Assembly (NCBI GenBank): GCA_016235585.1 | Contig: JACRJY010000100.1 | Span: 2,693-66,692, forward strand | From: Verrucomicrobiota bacterium | GTDB taxonomy: Bacteria > Verrucomicrobiota > Verrucomicrobiia > Limisphaerales > JACRJY01 | Direction of reading: 5' to 3' | Length of the DNA stretch: 64,000 nt | In this document: positions 30,230 to 38,676 of the stretch, piece by piece | How positions within the stretch are numbered: the first letter of the stretch is position 1 | Layout of the letters: each line of letters begins with the position of its first letter | The notes under the pieces: generated by a model | Told to the model about the DNA's origin: nothing | Database searches by the model: none | Seen by the model: only the letters and a program-made list of their open reading frames with translations | Program-made: the position numbers and the translations under genes

Positions 30230-31180
30230 ATGGCCACGACCTCCTTCACCAAAAAAACGCTCGGCCTTGAAACGGTGGAACCCGCCGTCACGCCGCCGCC
30301 CACCGCCGCCGAAACCACCTTCATCAAGAAGCCGAAGCTCGGCGCGGGCAAATCCAAGAAGCGTGACATCCCCGAGGGGCTGTGGACGAAGTGCCCGAAG
30401 TGCGCCTCGATGGTCTACGACAAGGAACTCGACGAGAATTCCAAGGTCTGCCCCAAGTGCGCGCACCACTTTCCCATCGGCGCGCGCGAGCGCATCCACG
30501 CGCTGGTCGAGACCTGCACGTTCGAGGAGATGGACGCGGACATGACGAGCGTGGACGTGCTCAAGTTCACCGGCGCGGCCTCCTACAACGACAAGCTCGC
30601 GACCAACGTGAAAAAGACCGGCCTCAACGACGCCGTCATCACCGGCCTCGGCAAAATCGGCCCGCAGCGCGTCGCGCTCGGCGTGATGGATTTCAGCTTT
30701 CTCGGCGGCTCGATGGGTTCGGTCGTCGGCGAGAAGCTCACGCGGCTCATCGAGGCCGGCACGGACAAGGGGCTGCCCGTCATCATCATCTCCACCAGCG
30801 GCGGTGCGCGGATGTATGAGGGAATGTTGAGCCTCATGCAGATGGCCAAGACCTGCGGCGCGCTCGCGTATCACGCTCGCGCCCGGCTGCCCTTCATCAG
30901 CGTGCTCACCCATCCGACGATGGCGGGCGTGATGGCCAGCTTTGCCAGCGTGGGCGACCTCATCGTGGCCGAGCCGGGCGCGATGATTGGCTTCGCGGGC
31001 GCGCGGGTCATCAAGGACACCACGCAGTCCGAGCTGCCGCCGGGCTTCCAGACGGCGGAATTCCTCCTCGACCGCGGCCTCATTGACGCCATCGTCCCGC
31101 GCCGCGAAATGAAAGAGAAGCTCTCTTCCTTCATCGCCCACATGATGGAGGGCCAGCAGAAAATCCGCGCGCTGGGTTGA
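30230..31180 (+). CDS. accD: Acetyl-CoA carboxylase carboxyltransferase beta subunit
   Basis: 'GLWTKCPKC..CPKC', 'GGSMGSVVGEK', 'SGGARMYEG', 'FQTAEFL'. Confidence 0.96.
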   Translation: MATTSFTKKTLGLETVEPAVTPPPTAAETTFIKKPKLGAGKSKKRDIPEGLWTKCPKCASMVYDKELDENSKVCPKCAHHFPIGARERIHALVETCTFEEMDADMTSVDVLKFTGAASYNDKLATNVKKTGLNDAVITGLGKIGPQRVALGVMDFSFLGGSMGSVVGEKLTRLIEAGTDKGLPVIIISTSGGARMYEGMLSLMQMAKTCGALAYHARARLPFISVLTHPTMAGVMASFASVGDLIVAEPGAMIGFAGARVIKDTTQSELPPGFQTAEFLLDRGLIDAIVPRREMKEKLSSFIAHMMEGQQKIRALG

Positions 31181-31212
31181 TTTCTCCCCGTGCTTCTGGC
31201 ATCCCAAACGCC

Positions 31213-32058
31213 GTGAGCCAGACCGTCCCCAGCGTGCTGGTGCTGATTCCCGCCTACAACGAGGAAGAACGCATCGAGCCGGTGCTTCGCGAATACGCGG
31301 AGCATTTCCGCGCCCACTACCCCGGCAAATTCCAGCTCGTCGTCGTCCTCAACGGCTGCAAGGACAACACCCTCGGCGTCGTCGGGCGCGTCGCGGCGGA
31401 GTTTCCGGAAATCAGCGCGGACAATTTTCCCGCGCCCATCGGCAAGGGCGGCGCGCTCATCGAGGGCCTGCGCCTCGCGCCCCGCGCCGACCTCATCGGC
31501 TACGTGGACGCCGACGGCGCGACGCCGCCGCACTCCTTCCTTGAACTGATGAAGCTTTGCGACCGCGCGGACTGCGTGATCGGCTCGCGCTGGCTGCCGG
31601 GCGCGGTGCTGCACCAGAGCCAGCCGCTGTTCCGGCGCTTCACCAGCCGGTGCTTTCACCTGATTGTGGAAGTGCTTTTCTGGATGCACATCAAGGACAC
31701 GCAATGCCCCGCCAAGGTGATGCACCGGGCGGCGGCGGAAAAAATTCACGACCACCTGCTCGTCGCCGACCTCGCGTTCGACGTGAACCTCCTCGTCTCG
31801 CTCAAGCGCGCGGGCTACCGCGTCCTCGAAGTGCCGGTCGAGTGGACGGACAAGGCCGGCTCGAAGGTGTCGGCCTCGCTCTTCCGCTCGTCGCTGGTGA
31901 TGTTTCTGTCCGTCGTGCGGCTGCGGCTGTTTTACTCGCCGTTTTACCGCTGGCTGAACCCGCTGCGCCCGCTGGAGACGTGGATTTACGGAAAACTGCG
32001 CGCGCCTGCGCCGCGCGCGCCGTCCGGGAAAAAGCCGTCGCGCGCGATTAGCAGATAG
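31213..32058 (+). CDS. GT2 glycosyltransferase (dolichyl-phosphate glucosyltransferase-like)
   Basis: 'IPAYNEE', 'GKGGA', 'DADG', 'IKDTQC'. Confidence 0.88.
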   Translation: MSQTVPSVLVLIPAYNEEERIEPVLREYAEHFRAHYPGKFQLVVVLNGCKDNTLGVVGRVAAEFPEISADNFPAPIGKGGALIEGLRLAPRADLIGYVDADGATPPHSFLELMKLCDRADCVIGSRWLPGAVLHQSQPLFRRFTSRCFHLIVEVLFWMHIKDTQCPAKVMHRAAAEKIHDHLLVADLAFDVNLLVSLKRAGYRVLEVPVEWTDKAGSKVSASLFRSSLVMFLSVVRLRLFYSPFYRWLNPLRPLETWIYGKLRAPAPRAPSGKKPSRAISR

Positions 32059-32068
32059 CTGAAAAACC

Positions 32069-32668
32069 ATGCCTGATGTCCCGCTCGCGTCGCTGATCTA
32101 CGCGCCGCCCTCCATCGTCGCGCCGCTCGCGCTCGCGGAAATGTTCCCGCGCCCGCAGCCGCTGGCGGTGGAACTCGGCAGTGGCGACGGCTCGTTCCTC
32201 GTCCAATACGCCAGCCTGCATCCCGAAAACAACTTCATCGGCGTCGAGCGGCTGCTGGGGCGGCTGCGGAAAATTGACCGCAAAGGCCGGCGGCTGGGGC
32301 TGACGAACCTGCGCGTCGTCCGCGTCGAGGCGGCGTATTTCCTCGAATACCTCCTGCCGCCGGAGTGCGCCGCCGCGCTGCACGTTTATTTTCCCGACCC
32401 GTGGCCGAAGCGGCGGCATCATAAGAACCGGCTCATCAACGAGCGCTTCCCCGAACTGGCGCGGCGCGTCCTGACGCCCGGCGGAATTGTTTTCCTGCGG
32501 ACGGACGACGCGAACTACTTCGCGCAGATGAACCGGGTTTTTCAGGCGCGAACAGATTTTCGCGCCGTGGAAACACCGGCGGAATTGAGTGTGGTGACGA
32601 CGGATTTCGAGCGCGACTTCAACGTGCGCGGGGTGCCGACGCTGCGGGCGGCGTATCAGCGGAGTTGA
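32069..32668 (+). CDS. trmB: tRNA (guanine-N7)-methyltransferase
   Basis: 'ELGSGDG', 'NFIGVE', 'FPDPWPKRRHHKNRL', 'RTD', 'TDFE'. Confidence 0.93.
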   Translation: MPDVPLASLIYAPPSIVAPLALAEMFPRPQPLAVELGSGDGSFLVQYASLHPENNFIGVERLLGRLRKIDRKGRRLGLTNLRVVRVEAAYFLEYLLPPECAAALHVYFPDPWPKRRHHKNRLINERFPELARRVLTPGGIVFLRTDDANYFAQMNRVFQARTDFRAVETPAELSVVTTDFERDFNVRGVPTLRAAYQRS

Positions 32669-32671
32669 AGT

Positions 32672-33133
32672 TCAGACATCAATCACCGGGCCGCCGCCGG
32701 GGCGGTCAGGGGGCGGCGGAGTGCGGCCCACCCGGACACGCACACGGCTGCTGCCAAGCAGGAAATTCACCGTGAGGGAGACGAGACTGATCACCAGCGA
32801 TCCCTTGAACGCGATCCAGAAGGTCTCGACGACGAAGTTCTCGCCCATCAGCCAGCCGACGAGGTAGAGCAGCGTGGCGTTGATGACGAGCGTGAACAAC
32901 CCAAAGGTGACGATGAGGATGGGCAGCGAGAGCAGCAGCAGCAGCGGGCGCAGCAGCGCGTTCATCACGCCGAGCAGCAGCGATGCGACAAAGAGGTCGT
33001 AGGCCTTCACCCAGTGGATGCCGTCCACCACGCGCGTCGCCACCAGCACGGCGAGCGTGGTGATGATCCAGCGTTGCAGGAAGGGGACGACGCCCCCGGT
33101 GAGGAGCGAGCGTGGTTGCGGTTGTGGTTCCAT
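32672..33133 (-). CDS. 4-TM phage-holin-family (YvlD-like) membrane protein
   Basis: 'LLGVMNALLRPLLLLLSLP..IVTFGLFTLVINA'. Confidence 0.85.
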   Translation of the reverse strand: MEPQPQPRSLLTGGVVPFLQRWIITTLAVLVATRVVDGIHWVKAYDLFVASLLLGVMNALLRPLLLLLSLPILIVTFGLFTLVINATLLYLVGWLMGENFVVETFWIAFKGSLVISLVSLTVNFLLGSSRVRVRVGRTPPPPDRPGGGPVIDV

Positions 33134-33217
33134 ACGACGGCGCGGGAACCAGTGTTCCGGCGCGCGGTGAACATGGGGCAGAGTGCGGATGAAAACAAGT
33201 GCGGAGACGCCGGGAGG

Positions 33218-33302
33218 CAAGGCAAAAGGAAAAAGGTGAAAGGAAAAACGACAGTGGGATCAGGGTTCTCGCTTTCGCTTTTTCCTTTTAGCTTTTGCCT
33301 TG
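33218..33302. repeat. Inverted pair of degenerate AAAGGNN heptamer arrays
   Basis: CAAGGCAAAAGGAAAAAGGTGAAAGGAAAAA ... CTTTCGCTTTTTCCTTTTAGCTTTTGCCTTG. Confidence 0.7.
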
Positions 33303-33357
33303 CGCGCCGCGCCGCCGTAGCTTCGCCGCGTCTCCGGCCCCGCGCTGGATGGCGAGA

Positions 33358-33894
33358 ATGAAGAACATCGTCTATTTCGACTTGGAAACGCAGAAGTCCG
33401 CCGACGAGGTGGGCGGCTGGGGCCGCATCCGCGACATGAGGATGAGCGTGGGCGTGACCTACAGCACGGCGCGCGGCGATTACCGGGTCTATGGCGAGCC
33501 GCAGGTCAACGAACTTGTCCAAGAGCTACAGCGCGCGGACTTGGTGGTGGGCTTCAACATCCTGCGCTTCGACTACGAGGTGCTTCAGGGGCACAATGAG
33601 TTCTTCGACCCGCAGCAGATTCCCACGCTCGACATGCTCATCGAGGTGATGAAGGCGCTGCCGCACCGGCTCTCGCTCGACTCCATCGCGCAAGGCTCGC
33701 TCGGCGTGGAGAAAACCGCCGAAGGGATGCAGGCGATTTACTGGTATCGCGAGGGCAAGCTGCTGGAGATCGCGGAATACTGCTGTTACGATGTGAAGAT
33801 CACCAAGCTTGTCCACGAATACGGGCGGGCGAACAAGCAGCTCTATTACTCGAACCGCACGGGGCAGAAGCTCTCCGTGCCGGTGGCGTGGTGA
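33358..33894 (+). CDS. RNase H-like (DEDD-type) domain protein
   Basis: 'VYFDLETQ', 'VGFNILRFD', 'LSLDSIA', 'EYCCYDV'. Confidence 0.85.
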   Translation: MKNIVYFDLETQKSADEVGGWGRIRDMRMSVGVTYSTARGDYRVYGEPQVNELVQELQRADLVVGFNILRFDYEVLQGHNEFFDPQQIPTLDMLIEVMKALPHRLSLDSIAQGSLGVEKTAEGMQAIYWYREGKLLEIAEYCCYDVKITKLVHEYGRANKQLYYSNRTGQKLSVPVAW

Positions 33895-33973
33895 GCGGGA
33901 GAGATTCCATGAGCCGCCAAGGTTCATGAAGTGCGCCTACGAAGCCGGTGTAGGTTGGTGGCGGTAAGCGGGA

Positions 33974-34075
33974 GTGGGACAGGCGTCCCGCCTGTCCAGT
34001 GGGGCGTCCTCAATTCGGATGGCCGCAAGTGCCTTGGAGCATCCTTGCGGGCAGGCAAGATGCCTGTCCCACTAC
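33974..34075. repeat. REP doublet between convergent genes
   Basis: GTGGGACAGGCGTCCCGCCTGTCC ... GGGCAGGCAAGATGCCTGTCCCACTAC. Confidence 0.8.
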
Positions 34076-34080
34076 GCGGA

Positions 34081-35673
34081 TTACTTCCGCGTGGTCGCGC
34101 GGCGGAGCTTGTTCGAGAGGTCGCTCGCGACGTTTTTCATCACCACCATGCCCAGGTGCGGCTCGCGCTGCACCAGCTCGTTGAAGGCCGAGCGCTGCAC
34201 GACGAGGAGGATGGTCGCCTGGTTCGCGATGGCGAAGGCGCTGCGCGCCGCGCCGTCGAGGAAGGCCAGCTCGCCGAAAATCTGCCCGTTGCCGACGGAC
34301 GCGATGGCGGTGCCGCCGTCTTCGAGGCAGATGTCAATCTGCCCGCGCATGACGATGAAGGCCTCGTTGCCGGAGTCGCCCTTGCTGAAGACTTTCTCCT
34401 TCGGGCGGAAAAGTTTCTGGACGAAGAGGCGCGCAATTTTACGGAGTTCACCGTCGCCCAGGCCCTCGAAGATCGGCAGGGCGCGCAGGAGGTTGATGAC
34501 CGCCACGCCCATCTTCTGATCCTGCAAACTCAATTCGACGATGTCCAGCACGCGCTTCGCCGCCGCCGTAACCGTGGCGGCCTCCGGCGCGTAGCTCAAG
34601 TTGAACTTCACCATCTTCACCACGTCCGTGTAGCCGCCGTCCTTGGAGTAAAACGCGGGCAGATACGCCACCGCCACGAAGCCGAGCTGCTCGGCGCTCT
34701 TGATGAGGCGCGGCGCGGTGGTGAGGATGTCCAGCTCGACATAGACGGCGTTGAGCTGCGACTGGGCGAGCTTGACGACGTGGTGCAGCGCCGCGCCGAG
34801 GGAAAGATCATCCGTGCAGAAGGAGTTGATGACGCGCACGCAGCGGTCCATCTCGTCCAGCAGGAAGGCCAGGCCGGCGACGACCTTGCCGTCGCGCTGG
34901 GCGATCACGGCCTTGAGCGGCGAGGGCACCGTGATGCGCATGTATCCGTGGCCCATGTTGAAACTGCCGGAGATTTCCTTGGGCGGATTGGCGGCCTCGG
35001 CCTCGCGCTGCTTGGCGAGGAACTCCGGCATCAGCGTGTCCTGGAAGGCCAGTTCCGACTGGAGCGGATAGCCCGTGACGCCGTCGCGGACGGTCTTGGG
35101 CGGGCGCACCTGCAACTGATCCAGCACGACGGTCGCCAGCTCGCTGATCTGCGGCAGCGACTCGGACACCGGCAGGCGCGTGGTCATCTTGCTCTGCGCG
35201 GCCTTGACGTAGAAGAGCACGCCTTCGCGCGCGCGATGCATATGCTTGAGCGGCTGGAAGCCCACGCACGCGTAGCCTTGCTTCTCGAAAAGGACTTGCT
35301 GCGGATTGTCGGCGGCCAGCACGCGCGCCACGATCATCTGCTGCTTCTGCGCGCTGGTTTCATCGAGCTTCTTGAGCAGCGCCTCGGCGGAGCCGTCCGT
35401 GGCGGCCTCGGCGCGGAAAAGCTGCCGGCCCAGGTTCATCACGTGGCCGCCCTTGTCGTCCGCGCCGCCGGCCAGGATGGTGACGCTGGCCGTGAGCTTG
35501 CCGCCGTTCTCGGCCACCCAGGTCTCGTGGCCGGAGGCCGGGTTCAACTGGTTGGTGATCCACGCCGCGTCATAGACCTGCTTGGCGGGATGGTCGTCTC
35601 CGAGGACGGCCTTGACGAGTTCAAGCCACTTGGTGGCGTCGGCGGCGCTGGCCTGGCGAATTGTTGCACCCAT
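34081..35673 (-). CDS. Protein with two GNAT-like domains and a C-terminal cyclic-nucleotide-binding domain
   Basis: 'TIRQASAADA', 'LFEKQGY', 'EQLGFVAVAYLP'; cNMP cassette 'FGELAFLDGAARSA'; no HTH. ATG at 35673 (the track start lies inside the tRNA). Confidence 0.8.
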   Translation of the reverse strand: MGATIRQASAADATKWLELVKAVLGDDHPAKQVYDAAWITNQLNPASGHETWVAENGGKLTASVTILAGGADDKGGHVMNLGRQLFRAEAATDGSAEALLKKLDETSAQKQQMIVARVLAADNPQQVLFEKQGYACVGFQPLKHMHRAREGVLFYVKAAQSKMTTRLPVSESLPQISELATVVLDQLQVRPPKTVRDGVTGYPLQSELAFQDTLMPEFLAKQREAEAANPPKEISGSFNMGHGYMRITVPSPLKAVIAQRDGKVVAGLAFLLDEMDRCVRVINSFCTDDLSLGAALHHVVKLAQSQLNAVYVELDILTTAPRLIKSAEQLGFVAVAYLPAFYSKDGGYTDVVKMVKFNLSYAPEAATVTAAAKRVLDIVELSLQDQKMGVAVINLLRALPIFEGLGDGELRKIARLFVQKLFRPKEKVFSKGDSGNEAFIVMRGQIDICLEDGGTAIASVGNGQIFGELAFLDGAARSAFAIANQATILLVVQRSAFNELVQREPHLGMVVMKNVASDLSNKLRRATTRK

Positions 35674-35711
35674 GAAATTTGATTTTATCGGCGGCGAACC
35701 GCCATCCGAGT

Positions 35712-35796
35712 TGGTGCCCACGGCAGGACTTGAACCTGCACGATGTTACTCACTAGAACCTGAATCTAGCGCGTCTGCCAATTCCGCCACGTGGGC
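35712..35796 (-). tRNA. tRNA-Leu (CAG)
   Basis: GCCCACGTGGCGGAATTGGCAGACGCGCTAGATT-CAG-GTTCTAG...GCAGGTTCAAGTCCTGCCGTGGGCACCA; long variable arm; encoded CCA. Confidence 0.97.
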
Positions 35797-36080
35797 CACA
35801 GTGTTCACGCCGCCCGGCCAGTCAGGTCCGGGGAGGCGTCAACACCGGCCTGTTAATACGCCAGCCCCTCGGCCAGCGGCAAGCCTAAATCCAAGTGGAG
35901 GCCAAACTTCGAAAGGGCAAGCATCCGTCACGCGCAGGCTGTGCGGGGAGCGCCGGACTCCGATCCGGCGGGAGTGGAGGCGGGATTCCCCACCCGCCAA
36001 TCCGGAGATCGGCGCTCCGCCCGGCCGCCGGTTGAAATTATTTGTTTTCGGAACACTGGGCGATGATTTATCACATTCCC

Positions 36081-37370
36081 ATGAATTCTCTCTCCAATGC
36101 CGCCGTTGCGATGGTCGCGAGTCTATTGCTGGCTTCCGCCGCCCACGCCGCCGCTCCCGTGAAGCCCTCCGCGTTGCAAAAGAAGGACATCGCCCTCGCG
36201 CCGCCCAAGAACCTCAAGACCAAGCTCCCGCCCGCCTACACCATCCCGACCATTGACCTCGCCGGTGAGAAGCACCGCCAGGTCATCGTGGATCGCGAGG
36301 CGGGCCAGTATCTCGGCCACCCGACCACGCTGCTGCTGGAGGACAACAAAACCATGCTCATCGTTTATCCCAAAGGCCACGGGCGCGGCGCGATTGTTCA
36401 CAAGCGCAGCACCGACACCGGCAAAACGTGGAGCGAGCGCCTTCCCACGCCGGCCAACTGGGTCACGTCGCTCGAAGTGCCCACGCTGCATCGCGTGGTG
36501 GATGCGGCGGGCAAGAAGCGCATCATCATGTTCAGCGGGCTGTATCCCATCCGCATGGCCGTCACGGAGGACGACGGCGCGAACTGGAGCGAGCTGAAGC
36601 CCATCGGCGATTTCGGCGGCGTGGTGACGATGGCGACGGTCATCGGGCTCAAGACGCCGGGGTATTACCTGGCGTTCTTCCATGACGACGGACGGTTCAT
36701 CCGCGGCGGCAGCGAGGAAAAGTTTCGCGTGAAGACGCCGCACAGCGATTACACCTCGGCGACGGCGAAGCCGTGGCGGTTCTGGGTCTTCACCACTTTG
36801 TCAAAAGACGGCGGGCTGACGTGGAGCGTGCCCGCGCCCATCGCGATGCTGCCGGATGCGAGCCTCTGCGAGCCGGGCGCGCTGCGTTCGCCCGATGGGA
36901 AACAAATCGCCGTGCTCCTCCGCGAGAACAGCCGCAAATACAATTCGTTCGTCATCTTCAGCAACGACGAGGGCCTCTCGTGGACCGAGCCGCGCGAACT
37001 TCCCGCCGCGCTCACCGGCGACCGGCACGTGGCGAAGTATTCGCAGGATGGTCGGCTCTTCATTTCCTTCCGCGACACCACGCACGTCAGCCCGACGAAA
37101 GGCGATTGGGTCGCGTGGGTCGGCACCTACGACGACATCGTGCAGGGCCGCGAGGGCCAGTATCGCGTGCGGCTCATGCAGAATCACAAGGGTGCCGACT
37201 GCACCTATCCCGGCGTCGAGCTGCTGCCCGACGGCACGATTGTGACGACGACCTACGGGCATTGGACCGAGGGCGAACTGGCCTACATCGTGAGCGTGCG
37301 GCTCAAGCTGGAGGAACTCGACGCGAAGGCCAAGCGCGGCGAAGTGATGGCGGTGGCCCCGGCCAAATAA
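36081..37370 (+). CDS. Secreted BNR/Asp-box (sialidase-like) beta-propeller
   Basis: Asp boxes 'STDTGKTW', 'TEDDGANW', 'SKDGGLTW', 'SNDEGLSW'. Confidence 0.85.
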   Translation: MNSLSNAAVAMVASLLLASAAHAAAPVKPSALQKKDIALAPPKNLKTKLPPAYTIPTIDLAGEKHRQVIVDREAGQYLGHPTTLLLEDNKTMLIVYPKGHGRGAIVHKRSTDTGKTWSERLPTPANWVTSLEVPTLHRVVDAAGKKRIIMFSGLYPIRMAVTEDDGANWSELKPIGDFGGVVTMATVIGLKTPGYYLAFFHDDGRFIRGGSEEKFRVKTPHSDYTSATAKPWRFWVFTTLSKDGGLTWSVPAPIAMLPDASLCEPGALRSPDGKQIAVLLRENSRKYNSFVIFSNDEGLSWTEPRELPAALTGDRHVAKYSQDGRLFISFRDTTHVSPTKGDWVAWVGTYDDIVQGREGQYRVRLMQNHKGADCTYPGVELLPDGTIVTTTYGHWTEGELAYIVSVRLKLEELDAKAKRGEVMAVAPAK

Positions 37371-37495
37371 TTTTTCGCTGGAACGGGGGCAACGGCTGCC
37401 GCCCCTCTGACGAGTTGAAGGACTGACGGAAAGCGATGCTTCTCAACTGCGCCTCATCGCATTCCGTTGAATGCAGCCTATCTGGATATTAGTGC

Positions 37496-38128
37496 TCATA
37501 GTCTCTGATACCGATAAGCATGAACTCCCTCTGCCATCGAGCAAACGAAAAACTCTCTGACATGCTTACGACTGTCGCAAACAATGCCCCTCCGCTCGTC
37601 GAGAGAGAAATAAACTCGCTGCTCTCCTGTATCTCGGTCTGGCTGGATAAAAACACGCTCAAAGCGCCCACGTAACAAAGCCGGGAGCTCTGAATCGTCA
37701 ATCAACACAGCTTTCTCAGACATCAAGAAGCTGTGGCCGGTGTCTCCCCGCCTGAGAACAAGAGTCCCGTCGTGCGCCTTCTGGCGAAGACTCGCAGCAC
37801 AGACTCGCATCTGGTCTGGCGGAAACTCTCGGCGAAATCGATGTGCAATGCCCATCATCCCGGAAGTAGCGCCAGCGGGAACAACGGTGAACATCAGGAT
37901 GCCCTGCGCGACCAATGCACCGACGAACAAAGACACTCGAATCGGGTATGCAACTCTGACTGTGAGAAACAGCGCGGCGACAAGCCAAGGAAGCAAGAAC
38001 ATGCTCGCGGCACTGAAAAGAAATCCACTGCCGCGCGGCAACATCCCAGCGCCGTCGAGGTATGAACCAAGGAAGTGCCCGAGTGGTGCAAGGCCTAGCA
38101 AAGGTAGGAATTGGAGGGCACGTCGCAT
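37496..38128 (-). CDS. Low-GC orphan membrane protein (210 aa)
   Basis: Three N-terminal hydrophobic segments; atypical codon usage; bracketed by a 26-bp imperfect inverted repeat. Confidence 0.65.
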   Translation of the reverse strand: MRRALQFLPLLGLAPLGHFLGSYLDGAGMLPRGSGFLFSAASMFLLPWLVAALFLTVRVAYPIRVSLFVGALVAQGILMFTVVPAGATSGMMGIAHRFRREFPPDQMRVCAASLRQKAHDGTLVLRRGDTGHSFLMSEKAVLIDDSELPALLRGRFERVFIQPDRDTGEQRVYFSLDERRGIVCDSRKHVREFFVCSMAEGVHAYRYQRL

Positions 38129-38249
38129 GAGCACCAACATCTAAATGGGCGGCGCAGTTTGCAGCCTATCCAGCTTCATGACCGTTACCGTATTCTGGAG
38201 GCAGTTGCCTGTCCAGCACCGGTTGCGGCGGGTCGTGCCGCAACTTTGC

Positions 38250-38595
38250 CGTGTGGCGCAGGATGGCATCCTGCCGTATCGCCGGTTGGCAACCGGCAGG
38301 GCCGCCGCCGAAGCCCGACGCTCTCAAACTGGTTTCCCGCCCGCCGACTGCCGGTCGGCGACACAGCAGTTTGACAAACTGCGCTACAAAATCAGGCCGC
38401 GCTCCCTCGCCGAAACCTGCCCGTGATTACGAACCGGCCAAGGTGATGGTGGCGCAAGGCCGCATCCGCGCACTATCCTTGCGCACGTAGCGCAGCCGTC
38501 CTCGGCTGCGGGTTCGCGGGGCGTCCGCGCCCCGTGTCCCCAGCTTGGCCGCGAGACGCGGCCAAAACTCGCAGGCGGGGACGCACTGCGCTACC
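38250..38595. repeat. Cluster of REP-like palindromes
   Basis: GTGGCGCAGGATGGCATCCTGC (same family as 22816), CGCCGACTGCCGGTCGGCG, GCAGTTTGACAAACTGCGCTAC, GTAGCGCAGCCGTCCTCGGCTGCG ... CTGCGCTAC. Confidence 0.75.
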
Positions 38596-38676
38596 GGGGC
38601 GCGGATGCGCCCGTCGTGCAACCATTGCTGCATTTCAAATTGATTCCTGTTCTCCGCTCCCTACCATCCGCGCACC

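Noticed and set aside
32672-33133. Prophage suggested by the holin-family gene
   Set aside because: This family is common in chromosomes and there are no other phage genes.
35712-35796. Genomic island integrated at tRNA-Leu
   Set aside because: No integrase, no duplicated tRNA 3' end noticed, and flanking genes have host-like composition.
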